A stretch of DNA of 64,000 nt from Wickerhamiella versatilis (taxonomy: Eukaryota), in assembly GCA_030867685.1 (NCBI GenBank), contig JAQOWU010000001.1, forward strand, positions 434,001 to 498,000. Reading direction: 5' to 3'. Every line of letters starts with the position of its first letter. The stretch's first letter is position 1. A model generated the notes under the pieces. The model worked only from the letters and a program-made list of their open reading frames with translations. It was not told the DNA's origin and ran no database searches. Shown piece by piece: positions 29,627 to 40,601 of this stretch. The position numbers were made by a program, and so were the translations under genes.

Positions 29627-32383
29627 TCAAAGCCCAAACTGTCTCCCAAGTATGCCACCTATCATGTCACTCTTGGCATCACTCTGGGTAGTTTTCATCG
29701 CAGCAACACCATCGTCCAACTTGTCATTCACGTAATTTTCCGCTGCCGTATAGTATTCATCCATCATACGTCCCCAAGTTTTCTGGTTTGCTGGTGGGTG
29801 ATTGGCTTTGGGAGACTTAGAGCCGGAGCTGAACCAGCTTTTTTTGCTTCGGCTCGGCGAAGAAGGTGCTGCTGCTGTTGAGGGAGGGTTCTCATAATTT
29901 CCTTTTTCGACAAGAGCCTCCTTGCGCTTTGACTTTCCACGCTTCGTCCCTCCAAATGTCTGGTCAACATCTTCAGGCCGAACATAGGTTCGACCTGCCA
30001 CCCAATGTGCAGTAGAGATACTCGGCCTCGCAGGCACCTTAATTCTCTGGTGATATATATCATCTTCCTTCATCTCTGCACCGGTTCCGAATGCTCGTAC
30101 GAAGCCTGCGCTCATTAAAGCAGCATCGTTGGGGATAAATATGTCCCCAGTATAAGTCACGCGTGAATTGGTTGCAGGAGTATAAGGCGACTTGAAAGAA
30201 GTTATGGATCCAAATCCAGGTAGAGAATAAAGGCCTATCTTGCCCTTCGCATTTATTGCTACTAGACAGCAGCTCTCTCCAGCTCGTAAAAACGAAAAAC
30301 CTACCCCTAAAGCGTTGTCCAAAGACTTAGATCCCACCTTTTTGGATGTGATCGTAGAAATGAGCTTAGCCTCTTTACTGGTAGCTGCCAAAATAGCCCC
30401 GTTTATTTTAATTCCCGAAGCAAGGCGCCCCAGGACATCTGCCGAGGCTGCAGCAGGCTTTCCAGCTCCTAGATCGATATGCTGGAGTGTCATAATTGGA
30501 TCAGACCCTATGCTCAAGTGACTGCCATATTTTTGAGCATAATAACCACCTTGTTGACGTGGAAGAATCTGGTATATGTACACGTTGCCGTTAACAGTTC
30601 CAACAGATAGCGTTATGCTGGAAAAAGAATCTGTGCCCAGAGCCACAATGCCGAATTCCATGCTACTAACCTTAGCCTTTGTACGGTCGTCAAAAATGAT
30701 AGCTGGCCCTCGGCGGTCAATGATAATGAGTCTCTGGTCTTCATAGGCGACCGCGACAAATCCGATACCACTATGCTTTAGACAGTATACAGGAACACGC
30801 GACTTAACAAGCCATTGAGGAAGAAATCCCTCTTTCATTCCTTTTGGTGCCCTATGAGCAATACTCTGTATTGGTCTTTCATCCATCGTGAACTGGCTAA
30901 ATCCATGGGTATTGCGTTTAAATGTGAAAAGATAGACATTACCCGACTGACTTGCAACAGCCATTTCGCCAACTTCACCCGCAAGTGACACCTGTCCAAC
31001 AGCTTCAACTTTATCAGGTAGAATAGAAGCAATAGAGGTCTCTATAAGGCGGTGATCCCCTGAATCAGCCTTCGTACCATCAAATAGTTTAATGGTCCCT
31101 TCACTATCACCCGTTGCCAGCACAGAAGCCAGCTGAAGTTTTCTGACGGGTTGGTGAGCAGAGATCCCTCCTTTAAGGACCGGTTTTGGTGCCGAGGCCA
31201 TCATACCTATCCACTGGTTGCGCATCATAGTTCCAATGTCAAGACAGGTTACCTGAGATGCTCGCCAAGCAAGTGCTGGAGGAAGAACTGCAGCATCAAG
31301 ATGTAGGACTTCGGGGTCGGGGACAGTCACTGTCACAAGACGGCCCGAGGAAAGAAGGACCACTATATGACTCGGGTTATGTGTTCCTCCGAAATGAGGC
31401 TGTCTCGCTAGCACCAATGCCTGAAGCGCCGTGGTATGCTGGGTCCCCAATTCTGCCTGAGCCGATTGTCCTGCACTGTAAAATTCACCCATACTTTCAT
31501 AGCTCGTAATAGCCACGGTTGGGGTGGCACCAAAGTTAATTACACGAATAGCACTTCCCATAACGATAACTAAGTAAGTCGTTTCGGGTTGACTTTCGGA
31601 GCACCATACTAGCTTTGGAGTCTCTAACTGAAGTCGCTTGTCATCAGGAGTCTCCAAAACAGGCCTGTGGGTCAGTTGCACACCTTTTGAACCATCCCAA
31701 AAGACAAGGGCACCATTCACATGTGATGAAACGACATGAGAACCAGTTGGGTGCCAGCAGGCTTGCTGGAATGAAAACTCGTATTCCATATAGAATACAA
31801 TTTCGTTAGCAGTCACAGAGAAGCATATGGCGACTTGTGTGAAACAAAGGAGAATAAGACTAGGGTCTCGTGGATGCATTTGTACTGAAAGCACTGGGCT
31901 TAGTCGTTGCTGTGGATTCACCAGCTTCTGTAGGTCATCAATGCGGTAGGGTGAAATCTTACCTCTATCGATATCAAAGACATTGGTGTGCCCAGTATCT
32001 AGGCCAAGGAAAAGCCAGTCCATGGCTACATCGGTCCATATAGATGTTACCTTTGTTGGAACATTGTAGGTAGCCCACACTTGTCTCGTATCCAGGGCCC
32101 AGACTGTTACAACATTGGCTTCATTAATCGTCACAACATAAACACTTTTAACAAAGCGAATTTGTGTTATTGGATGTGGTTTCGCAGGGACGAGATCTGC
32201 CTGTATGGCACCTGTACCCAAAATATGAAGAATGCCCAGATCTGTGCCGACTGCCATCAGACTTTGAACCGGGTCATATCCAAGAGCAGTCACTTTCCCT
32301 GGAAAACCAAATTGTGCAATAATGTCCGGTTGGAACTCGGCCTGTATTGCCGTTGAAAGGTGCTCGTCTTTCTTGCCGAACAT
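29627..32383 (-). CDS. SRO7: Lgl/tomosyn family WD40 protein Sro7/Sro77
   Basis: YDPVQSLMAVGT, DWLFLGL, HPRD, GIGFVAVAY...IIDRRGPAII. Confidence 0.88.
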   Translation of the reverse strand: MFGKKDEHLSTAIQAEFQPDIIAQFGFPGKVTALGYDPVQSLMAVGTDLGILHILGTGAIQADLVPAKPHPITQIRFVKSVYVVTINEANVVTVWALDTRQVWATYNVPTKVTSIWTDVAMDWLFLGLDTGHTNVFDIDRGKISPYRIDDLQKLVNPQQRLSPVLSVQMHPRDPSLILLCFTQVAICFSVTANEIVFYMEYEFSFQQACWHPTGSHVVSSHVNGALVFWDGSKGVQLTHRPVLETPDDKRLQLETPKLVWCSESQPETTYLVIVMGSAIRVINFGATPTVAITSYESMGEFYSAGQSAQAELGTQHTTALQALVLARQPHFGGTHNPSHIVVLLSSGRLVTVTVPDPEVLHLDAAVLPPALAWRASQVTCLDIGTMMRNQWIGMMASAPKPVLKGGISAHQPVRKLQLASVLATGDSEGTIKLFDGTKADSGDHRLIETSIASILPDKVEAVGQVSLAGEVGEMAVASQSGNVYLFTFKRNTHGFSQFTMDERPIQSIAHRAPKGMKEGFLPQWLVKSRVPVYCLKHSGIGFVAVAYEDQRLIIIDRRGPAIIFDDRTKAKVSSMEFGIVALGTDSFSSITLSVGTVNGNVYIYQILPRQQGGYYAQKYGSHLSIGSDPIMTLQHIDLGAGKPAAASADVLGRLASGIKINGAILAATSKEAKLISTITSKKVGSKSLDNALGVGFSFLRAGESCCLVAINAKGKIGLYSLPGFGSITSFKSPYTPATNSRVTYTGDIFIPNDAALMSAGFVRAFGTGAEMKEDDIYHQRIKVPARPSISTAHWVAGRTYVRPEDVDQTFGGTKRGKSKRKEALVEKGNYENPPSTAAAPSSPSRSKKSWFSSGSKSPKANHPPANQKTWGRMMDEYYTAAENYVNDKLDDGVAAMKTTQSDAKSDMIGGILGRQFGL

Positions 32384-32636
32384 TGGGAAGCTCAACGCTA
32401 CTCGCTTACGTCACGAGTAGACTGTAATTGCCAATGAGGGAATGTGGTCACTTATGATTTTTTTAGCTCCTAAACCGGCTTATACTTTTTTTTGGGAAAG
32501 TTTAACTTCTGTAGTGTTCAAGACCTTGTGCTTAACCCAGTCTTACTGTCGAAGCTGCCTAACAAGTACCAGTTAGAGAAGCTCACACTAGACTAAGTCT
32601 CATATTCTCATATACCATTATAAATGCATGCATGTA

Positions 32637-33701
32637 CTAAATATATTTTATGTTACAAGTTCTGTTGGAGGTCTTTTCCTGTTGAATTTTGGCCCGTACA
32701 TACCCACAGAGTCGACTAGATTGGTTGATGTCGAGAAGATTCATTTCTCCCTTGACACCCATATAGAGGCCCCTTTGTAGTTCAGCCTTCCATAAATTGT
32801 ATTCACTTCCATGAATCCAATCATGGCGCAAGGTGGCCATAGCTGTCCGCTTGTCAGACAACTTACTTCTCACCAATCCATCCTGATATTCTATTAAGCT
32901 CACACCTAACCATTTGAATCCTTTTAGTCTCTTTTGGTACTCCACAGCGCGAATTGGACCATGCTCGTAGCAACGCAGAATAAGAATACCGTGAACATCT
33001 GAGTCTACAAGTCCAAATAGAGGGACATCAGGAAATGTCTCGGCAAGTTTTGTGACCATATTCCTGGTTGCATGGTCAGGAAATCCCTTTCCAGTAATTA
33101 TAATACCTTCTGTCAATTCCGCCTGGAGATGCGAGAATACTGCCTCCTTCTCCACAACTAAAATATATTCTGGCCTCTTTCTTGCAGAGACATGAAGAAT
33201 TGACACTACAGGAATGAGTGATGGTCCATTTGAACGTTTGATCTCTACCGCATTGTCGTTTTCTAACGTGACCAAAAGATCTCCTGCAATCAGCCCATTT
33301 GGTGCTGCAACAACATTAAACGAATCCCGGGGAACACAGAAGTAGCGTGTTAACTGTTCTATGTGACGTACTACCAATTTTTGTGTCTTGAATAAAGCTA
33401 TATCCTGGTAGTAGATATCCCGTGAGGTGACCGTTTTCCCTGCCTCAAGATTTCCCAAAATGAGGCTGAAGATACGCAAGATAACTGTAAACTTAAAAGA
33501 CTCCCCATATGTAGATCCAGGGTAATGTAATATGCACTTACGGGGTCGTCGAATCTTGTGGAGATCTGGGTTCAGGGATACTGTGGCTCCACATGTCTTC
33601 CAGGGAGCAAGGATAAGAGTGGCACACTTCTTGTGGAGAAGATCCCACTTAACAATATCAATTACTTCCTTTATATGGTCTCGGATGCATTCGCCACACA
33701 T
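32637..33701 (-). CDS. SPO11: Meiotic double-strand-break transesterase Spo11
   Basis: RDIYY catalytic Tyr motif; TOPRIM motifs VVEKEAVF, ITGKGFPD, LVDSDVHG. Confidence 0.93.
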   Translation of the reverse strand: MCGECIRDHIKEVIDIVKWDLLHKKCATLILAPWKTCGATVSLNPDLHKIRRPRKCILHYPGSTYGESFKFTVILRIFSLILGNLEAGKTVTSRDIYYQDIALFKTQKLVVRHIEQLTRYFCVPRDSFNVVAAPNGLIAGDLLVTLENDNAVEIKRSNGPSLIPVVSILHVSARKRPEYILVVEKEAVFSHLQAELTEGIIITGKGFPDHATRNMVTKLAETFPDVPLFGLVDSDVHGILILRCYEHGPIRAVEYQKRLKGFKWLGVSLIEYQDGLVRSKLSDKRTAMATLRHDWIHGSEYNLWKAELQRGLYMGVKGEMNLLDINQSSRLCGYVRAKIQQEKTSNRTCNIKYI

Positions 33702-34225
33702 TTTTTGTGTTTACAAGGTCTTGCGACTTAATAGGACTCAAAAAAAACATTCACGAATAAGTGCGATCAAATGCTGAAATAATATTTCATACAGTTATTT
33801 CTTTATCAAAGCTGTAATTGAGCTCCAAGAAGCTCTGTCATTCTCTCAAACCCTCTGAGAACGCCGAACTGCTGCACCAATTGTATCCTTCCGCCGAGAG
33901 CTACTGATAATAGTCACTGTCGTTAATTAACTGTATAATCCCTGACCGAGACAAAATCTTTGTCTACTTGATTAACAGAAACCAAAAAGCGCACATCAAC
34001 AGTGTACATAGGTCCTGCTGGTCTTATTTAATAAACAAAGTTATTAGCCACATTAAACAATGCCTCTTGAGTAGTACCCTCGAAATAATTAAATCTACAA
34101 TATCTGATAGTTTTCCGGAGCTCTATAATTTCCCCAAATAAACTACCGGTTGGCATCTCTCATCCTATCTTCTATCCACACTCGAACGCCTGACCCTGAC
34201 TAAAAGCCTATTTACCTGGTGAAAT

Positions 34226-36952
34226 ATGGCTCTGAGGGCGGCTTGTATATCCCTGGCGAAAGCTGCTCTCTTGCCTCCATTTATGTTTGATCCCAACTCA
34301 CAACAACTCAGGGATTCGTTGGGTGAGGTCTCAAGGAATCTACCTGAAGACATTAGCCAAGAGCTAGGCGATTCCGTGTATCTACCACTGCAGTATTTGT
34401 TACAAAAAGATACTATTTCAGACTCTGTGAGTTTGCTGGTTTTGCGTATTTTGGCTCAGCTCTTCGAGTCGAAGTGGAATTGTGACCCAAATAAGAGCTC
34501 ACAGCTGGTATCTGTTGCAACCTACCTTGTTAGTCCAGGCCCACCTGGTGACCTCTCAGAGTTCGAGAAAAAACCTGAGGAGCTACATGAAGCATCCTTC
34601 AGAGCTATGCATGCTATTTTTGCAAAAGTATCACTTCCAGAGTCTCCTGCATTGGCACATGTGATAACACTTATTCTCACATCACTGGAACGGGATAAGG
34701 AGCTGCAAACTCATATTATGGGACTAAAAACCTTGATAGCACTGTTTTCCCGAGTTCTTGTCTCACCAGATCCCAAGGCTTTGGTGCTTCCAGGCACAAT
34801 TTCAAAACTTGTGAATTTCATAGGTCAAAAGTATGGCAAGCGACACCGTTTGGCCAAGGAGATGGCACTAAAGGTAATGCAATTAGACGTATGTGGCTGC
34901 ATGGCTGATACTCTGCCGAAATCAAAAGTTCGTAACGATAGCTGGCGTGCCGCCTCTGCGCACCAGCTAGCCAGGGCTCTTGCTATAGTACAACGGTTGC
35001 TACAGGAAACACAGTTTGCTACAACTATACAAGCTGTATTTAATTTCTCCAAAGGGCTAATAACGCAATGTCGCAAAACTTTGGATAAAGAATGCATACC
35101 CACCGTCTTGGATCTAATTCTTTTTTGTGGTGCACAGGAAATTGATCTTTCCGTTAAAAATGAGGCAAAAGCCCTCATTCATGTTCTACCCAGTGAAGTC
35201 CTAACAGAAGCAGCATATAATCTTCTCGATAGAGTTCCCTCTGCTTTAGCGAGCCAAGATGAATCACGGCCCCTTCGTATATTACAAGCCTTGGCAGAAT
35301 GTGCTCAATCACTGCCAACGTCCAGAGTCATGGAGGTTTTGGAAAATTCGGTGGAATTAAGTGTAGGAAATCTGCTTAAGCAGTCGCCATCTCCACAGTT
35401 GCTGCTTGGCGATGCAGTACCCAGAGACGCACTTTTAGAACATGTGGGTCTCAAGACTCCTCTTGCTGCTTCCACTCAGAAGGCTGTTTCGATGCTTGTC
35501 TCACGCTTGGAGCCTGTCGAGGCTTTGAAATGGCTTCTTGATAGAATTCCTAATCAAGGACCGGTGGCATCTTCTCGCCTACTATGGTTTGGGAGCTCAA
35601 TAGTAAGAGGAAACCCAACTGTACAAGACTACTTTGACCTACTTGTGACTTGTTATGATCTATTAGAAACACCAGCAGCACCCATGGCATGCCATGTTGT
35701 CGGCGATATTGCACTTTCATCCACATTCTCCACAGATTTCCTCGTAGATGGAATATTTCCACTTTTCCGACTACTAGGTTCTTCGTCTGAGCCGACGAGG
35801 GCGCAAGCAAGATTTGCTCTTTGTCAGTTTGCTTCAAATCAGAATCAAACTTTGACAGAACTAGTAAACGCAAACAAAGACTATATAGTAGATGGAATCT
35901 CTCGCCAGGTTAATTCACTTGATATCACGCCAGCAACTCCCATATCGCTTGCAGCATTGGTCGATCTGGGAGGATCAGCTATCATCCCTTACTTGGACGA
36001 CATTGTAGATTCGCTCTTCACACTACTGGATCTTTATCATGGCTATTCACAATTGGTACAGGGGGTCCTCCTAGTTTTCAAAATGATAGTTAAGGCTGCC
36101 GGTAAGACCATTCCACCATCCCTGGAGGCCCCCAGTAGAAGATTGCATTTCTCTTCGTATACGTCCTTGCTAGAGGAACTCGATCGAAAGCCTGAAATAG
36201 ACCCGTCTTTATTGGAAAACCCAATCGATCTTAGCGACTCCCCAGATTCGAATAATAAGGCTCATCGTGATGAGCCGCTCCAGGAACCAGAAGAAATGAT
36301 TGATTCGCCTGACGATACGAAAGAGATTTGGGAATCTCCTGTACCGTATGATGTCTACTGCATGCTCGAACGTATCGCAACATATTGCGATCTTCTTTTG
36401 ACCCACAGTCTTCCTGAAATTCGAGTCACGATACTCGAAATAGTGAAGCTTACAATTCCATCCCTAGCGTCTGCAAGAAAAAACTTCCTTCCGCTAGTGC
36501 ATAGACTTTGGCCTCAGGTAGTAAGTCGAATCCAAGATCCAGAAATATATGTTGTTGAATCTGCATTGGATACAATATCGATAATTAGTGAGTATTCTGG
36601 TGACTTCGTACAGACACGTGTGGACGCGCTGTGGAAGACTATGGTTGGAAATGCTTCAAAGTTATTTCGCAGGCAGTGGCCTCAGTTTTCTCCTGAAAGA
36701 AGGCTTTGCAAGGCTACAGCCAAGTGTCTAATAATATGGCTCCGGCTGCCACCGTCTCCGGATACTTTGGAGTCCATGGCAGTGACTCTACGATCAACAT
36801 TTCAGCGTGGAGATATGAAGGATCTTTACTTGGAGTTTGACAGACTCTACGGCGACTTAATATGGACAGTTATGCTTCAATCCCCAGTCAGATCGGAAAA
36901 AGAAAATCTCATGGACGTGAACCCCATGTACATTCATATAGATTCTAATTAG
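34226..36952 (+). CDS. TTI1: TEL2-interacting protein 1 (TTT complex)
   Basis: LPGTISKL, R...W...A.QL, NKDYIVD, LDDIVDSLF..LD.YHGY, FLPLVHRLWP, GDFVQTRV. Confidence 0.88.
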   Translation: MALRAACISLAKAALLPPFMFDPNSQQLRDSLGEVSRNLPEDISQELGDSVYLPLQYLLQKDTISDSVSLLVLRILAQLFESKWNCDPNKSSQLVSVATYLVSPGPPGDLSEFEKKPEELHEASFRAMHAIFAKVSLPESPALAHVITLILTSLERDKELQTHIMGLKTLIALFSRVLVSPDPKALVLPGTISKLVNFIGQKYGKRHRLAKEMALKVMQLDVCGCMADTLPKSKVRNDSWRAASAHQLARALAIVQRLLQETQFATTIQAVFNFSKGLITQCRKTLDKECIPTVLDLILFCGAQEIDLSVKNEAKALIHVLPSEVLTEAAYNLLDRVPSALASQDESRPLRILQALAECAQSLPTSRVMEVLENSVELSVGNLLKQSPSPQLLLGDAVPRDALLEHVGLKTPLAASTQKAVSMLVSRLEPVEALKWLLDRIPNQGPVASSRLLWFGSSIVRGNPTVQDYFDLLVTCYDLLETPAAPMACHVVGDIALSSTFSTDFLVDGIFPLFRLLGSSSEPTRAQARFALCQFASNQNQTLTELVNANKDYIVDGISRQVNSLDITPATPISLAALVDLGGSAIIPYLDDIVDSLFTLLDLYHGYSQLVQGVLLVFKMIVKAAGKTIPPSLEAPSRRLHFSSYTSLLEELDRKPEIDPSLLENPIDLSDSPDSNNKAHRDEPLQEPEEMIDSPDDTKEIWESPVPYDVYCMLERIATYCDLLLTHSLPEIRVTILEIVKLTIPSLASARKNFLPLVHRLWPQVVSRIQDPEIYVVESALDTISIISEYSGDFVQTRVDALWKTMVGNASKLFRRQWPQFSPERRLCKATAKCLIIWLRLPPSPDTLESMAVTLRSTFQRGDMKDLYLEFDRLYGDLIWTVMLQSPVRSEKENLMDVNPMYIHIDSN

Positions 36953-36978
36953 CATTTAATTGGTACGACTTAATTAAT

Positions 36979-38772
36979 TCAATGACCTTGGACCCATGTG
37001 CGCATACGACGATACCTACGATACTCAGGGATCCACATTTGTGATCTTACCCAATCGTAACAATCGTCCCACTTGCTTGGGATTACTACCTCGGTACCAG
37101 AAGTTATCGAAATACGATTTTCGATTTCTGCAAGACCTTCCTCTTTGGCAGCAAGAACCACCGATGTGGCTATCTTACAACTGATGTCATTAATGTCACT
37201 AATATCCGGAAGTAGAGGTCCATTAGGGTCCCGAAGTATTGGGCTCAGAGCTGCGAGTCGATCCACAGCTGCGGCAATCATTCCATTGGAAATCTTAGTA
37301 GACCTAGAAAGTACAGCTCCCAGTCCGATTCCAGGGAAAATGAATGCATTATTGTTCTCAGATATACGGCGTCCATTTACAGGCGGGAAAGGAGAGCCTG
37401 TGGCGACCATGACGCGGCCATCAGTCCAGTTGATCAAATCACTGGGTGTTGCTTCATGGAGCCTATTTGGGTTGGACAACGGGAAAATTACCGGGCGCTC
37501 GACATGCTTGCTCATCTCCTTCACAACTTGCTCCGTGAATGCACCCGGTTGGGTCGAACAGCCAATGAGAACATGAGGTTTCACATGTTTAACTACCTCA
37601 AAGAGTGATTTAGTATCAACCCCAGCGAAATCCTCGGCATTCTTCATGAACGTTTTCTGATGTTCCATTAGCTCGTCCTCTACTGCGTTGGTTAACAACC
37701 CTGGACGGTCCATGAGGAAAATATTATTGCGAGTTGTACTTTTGTCCACGCCACTTGTTTCAAGATTGTCGATAATTTGAGTAGCAATGCCCATGCCCGC
37801 TGAGCCTGCACCATAAATCAAGATTCGCGCTTCAGGAAGCAAACGATGTGTTGAGTGCAATGCACCCTTCAGAGCAGACATTGTTACTGCACCAGTACCC
37901 TGAATATCGTCATTCAAAACAGACATCTCGTCCTTGTATTTAGCAAGATGACGATATGCGCTATCACGACCGAAATCCTCGAAATGAAGTACAGCATCTG
38001 GATACCGCTTCTGGACGGTACTAACAAAATTGTCAACGAACTCATTATATTCTTCTCCTCTGATACGTTTATGACGGTTACCCATGTAAAGAGGATCATT
38101 AAGGAGGCTTTCATTATCGGTACCACAGTCAAGTACCACCGGAATAACGCGGTTAGGATGGACACCTCCACAAACAGTCATTAGTACAAGTTTCGAAACG
38201 CTTATGCCTATTCCACCAACTCCCTGATCCCCGATACCAAGAATACCCTCCGAATCGGTGACTACAATGTAGTCAATATCTTCGCTATCACCAAAATGTG
38301 CTAGACGATCATCTATATCATCAGGTTGATGAATATCCAAAAAGCAGCCTGTAGGGCGGCGAAAAAGTTGACTGTAATTAGCGATGGCATCACCTTGTGT
38401 AGGGGTGTAAATTATGCGCATCATCTCCTTCAAATGTGCTGTAATGAGTGCATAGAACAGAACTTCATTTTGTACTTTGAGAGATTCGCAGAACTGGTTT
38501 TTCTGCAGGTCAGTCTTAAGCGAGCTGAACTGATGATAAGCTCGGGCGACCTGGATCTCAAGAGGATTGTATCCACCTGGTAGCAATCCTGTCAACTTGA
38601 ATTTTTTTCTTTCATCCATAGTAAAAGCTGATCCTTTGTTCAAAGCGGGGTTATTGAGTAAAATGCGTCCTTCCTGGGGGACATCTAGAAAAGGTTCCCG
38701 CGTGAGTCGCGTCATGTTGTGCATGTTCATTTTGCCAAGCGATCTACGCGATATTACCTCTTTACGGAACAT
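36979..38772 (-). CDS. MAE1: NAD(P)-dependent malic enzyme
   Basis: NKGSAFT, IIYTPT, VTDSEGILGIGDQG, FEDF, NDDIQGTG, GAGSAGMG, FPLSNP. Confidence 0.96.
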   Translation of the reverse strand: MFRKEVISRRSLGKMNMHNMTRLTREPFLDVPQEGRILLNNPALNKGSAFTMDERKKFKLTGLLPGGYNPLEIQVARAYHQFSSLKTDLQKNQFCESLKVQNEVLFYALITAHLKEMMRIIYTPTQGDAIANYSQLFRRPTGCFLDIHQPDDIDDRLAHFGDSEDIDYIVVTDSEGILGIGDQGVGGIGISVSKLVLMTVCGGVHPNRVIPVVLDCGTDNESLLNDPLYMGNRHKRIRGEEYNEFVDNFVSTVQKRYPDAVLHFEDFGRDSAYRHLAKYKDEMSVLNDDIQGTGAVTMSALKGALHSTHRLLPEARILIYGAGSAGMGIATQIIDNLETSGVDKSTTRNNIFLMDRPGLLTNAVEDELMEHQKTFMKNAEDFAGVDTKSLFEVVKHVKPHVLIGCSTQPGAFTEQVVKEMSKHVERPVIFPLSNPNRLHEATPSDLINWTDGRVMVATGSPFPPVNGRRISENNNAFIFPGIGLGAVLSRSTKISNGMIAAAVDRLAALSPILRDPNGPLLPDISDINDISCKIATSVVLAAKEEGLAEIENRISITSGTEVVIPSKWDDCYDWVRSQMWIPEYRRYRRMRTWVQGH

Positions 38773-39350
38773 TTTGGCCACGCGATAGTTGGTATTTTAT
38801 ACCTGAAAAATTACTTAGATAAAAGCAGTATAATATAAGAGGGGGACAGAGGTTAGGTGTCCAAAACACTAGTCTCGATGATTGAATCATTTCAACCAAT
38901 TAGCTCTTCTACTAATTTTCTTAATGCTTTACATATTGATAAAATTCCTGCTTTATTTCATATAAAGAACATGTGTACTTTGTTGTAACATCTCGGAAAA
39001 AGTGGATTAGGGCGAGTATTCGTCTCCGAAAAAATCCGATAGCAGTGTTTTGGCTAACGCTATGTCCTAAATGCTTATTAACGAGAAGATAGATATCAGC
39101 GGACATTTATATTAATTTTTATTGCAGAAAAAAGGGAGAGGATCGCTGAATTTATTTTGATTCCTCTCCGACTTGAGTATACTTTTCTATGCCAGCTTGG
39201 TCTCTGCTAAGTATGGGTTTGATAATAATTGACTCCACGATACAAAGATAACGTAGTATATTTTCAATAGATTACAATGATTTTACTGTTGTGGCCGGAT
39301 AATGTCTAAGAGCATTGAGCTCTTGAATGTGCATTAAGTGGGTATGTGCT

Positions 39351-40430
39351 TTACGAGGAAGACTCTGCTTTAATCTCTTCTGCTTGACGTTGTTTCGTTG
39401 TGCTCTTCTTATTTCCTTTTGGCTTTTTGCGAGTGGATTCTACAGACTTGGGCTTCATCTCACTATCACTTGATTTGCGCTTGTTAATCTTTTTCTTGCC
39501 CGGATCTGTACTTTTATCAGGTTCAGTCTCCTCCAATTTAGGCAATATCTGCAATTCCGGAGCAAAACAGCTTGTTCTACCGCCAACAGTAACAAATTCC
39601 AGATTATAGCCTTCCGGAGTTTGTGCTAACTCGTTCTTGCGCCCTTTTCCCCAGCGGTGTAGCATTAACCAACCAGACGGGAACTCTTTCACATTTGCTT
39701 CGGTATCTAGGGCTATACGGCAAACCTCTCTGATATTATTGTATAGTATTTTAGCCTGATCTGGGGTTAGCGTTGGGCAATATTGAGCAGGATGAATACG
39801 AGACTGGAACAAAATTTCATCCGCCATCCAGTTACCAATTCCACTGAAAACCGATTGATCCAAAAGAAGGGCCTTTACTGCTACACGGCGCTTGCTCAAA
39901 ACAGATAGAAACTGCTCTAGTGGTGGGATAGGTCCTTGTGACCAGTCAATTCCTAGATTTTTCAAGGGTTCGAATTCGGTAATTCTCTCTGCTGGGGCTT
40001 CAATAAGCCGGATGCGGCTCAATCTCCGGGCATCTTTGAATGCTATTTCAGAATCCTCCGTTTTAAAAATGAATTTGGTGAACTTTGGAGGCCATAAGGG
40101 TTCTTCCTTTATGCCTGCTTTCAACTTCTTATCACCACCTCCTTCCATTGGAATGAAATGCGTTGACACGCCCTTTATATGCATCCAACCCGTCATGCCA
40201 AAGTGAAGAAGAATTGTTCTACTACGATTAACCTCGAACCAAAAGTATTTTCCATGTCTTCCTATCTCAGTTACCTTTGTGCCTTTCAGTGCTTGCTCCA
40301 GTCTCGTCGCGTCTAGGGGCTTGACAAGTATAATTTCGTCGGGATTGGCAGTGATGCTAGTGATTACTTTGCCAAGGAGGTATTTTCTAAGCAAAGCAAC
40401 TGCATGGCCGACTTCGCCAAGTTCTGGCAT
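39351..40430 (-). CDS. FPG1: Formamidopyrimidine-DNA glycosylase (fungal/plant Fpg type)
   Basis: N-terminal MPELGEV, RHGKYFW, HFGMTG, H2TH LLDQSVFSGIGNWMADE, VGGRTS with no zinc finger, Lys-rich tail. Confidence 0.9.
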   Translation of the reverse strand: MPELGEVGHAVALLRKYLLGKVITSITANPDEIILVKPLDATRLEQALKGTKVTEIGRHGKYFWFEVNRSRTILLHFGMTGWMHIKGVSTHFIPMEGGGDKKLKAGIKEEPLWPPKFTKFIFKTEDSEIAFKDARRLSRIRLIEAPAERITEFEPLKNLGIDWSQGPIPPLEQFLSVLSKRRVAVKALLLDQSVFSGIGNWMADEILFQSRIHPAQYCPTLTPDQAKILYNNIREVCRIALDTEANVKEFPSGWLMLHRWGKGRKNELAQTPEGYNLEFVTVGGRTSCFAPELQILPKLEETEPDKSTDPGKKKINKRKSSDSEMKPKSVESTRKKPKGNKKSTTKQRQAEEIKAESSS

Positions 40431-40601
40431 TTCAAGGCAAATCTCTGATTTGTAACGTATCACAAGCGATCTAACTTATATTGCTTGAGCGAAAATGACA
40501 ACTAGTGTAGGAATATTATAATTATGTCACCTTCTTTCCAGAAAAAATGTAATCTTGAATTTCATAGCTATATATATATTTATTTACTTGTGTCAGTTCA
40601 G

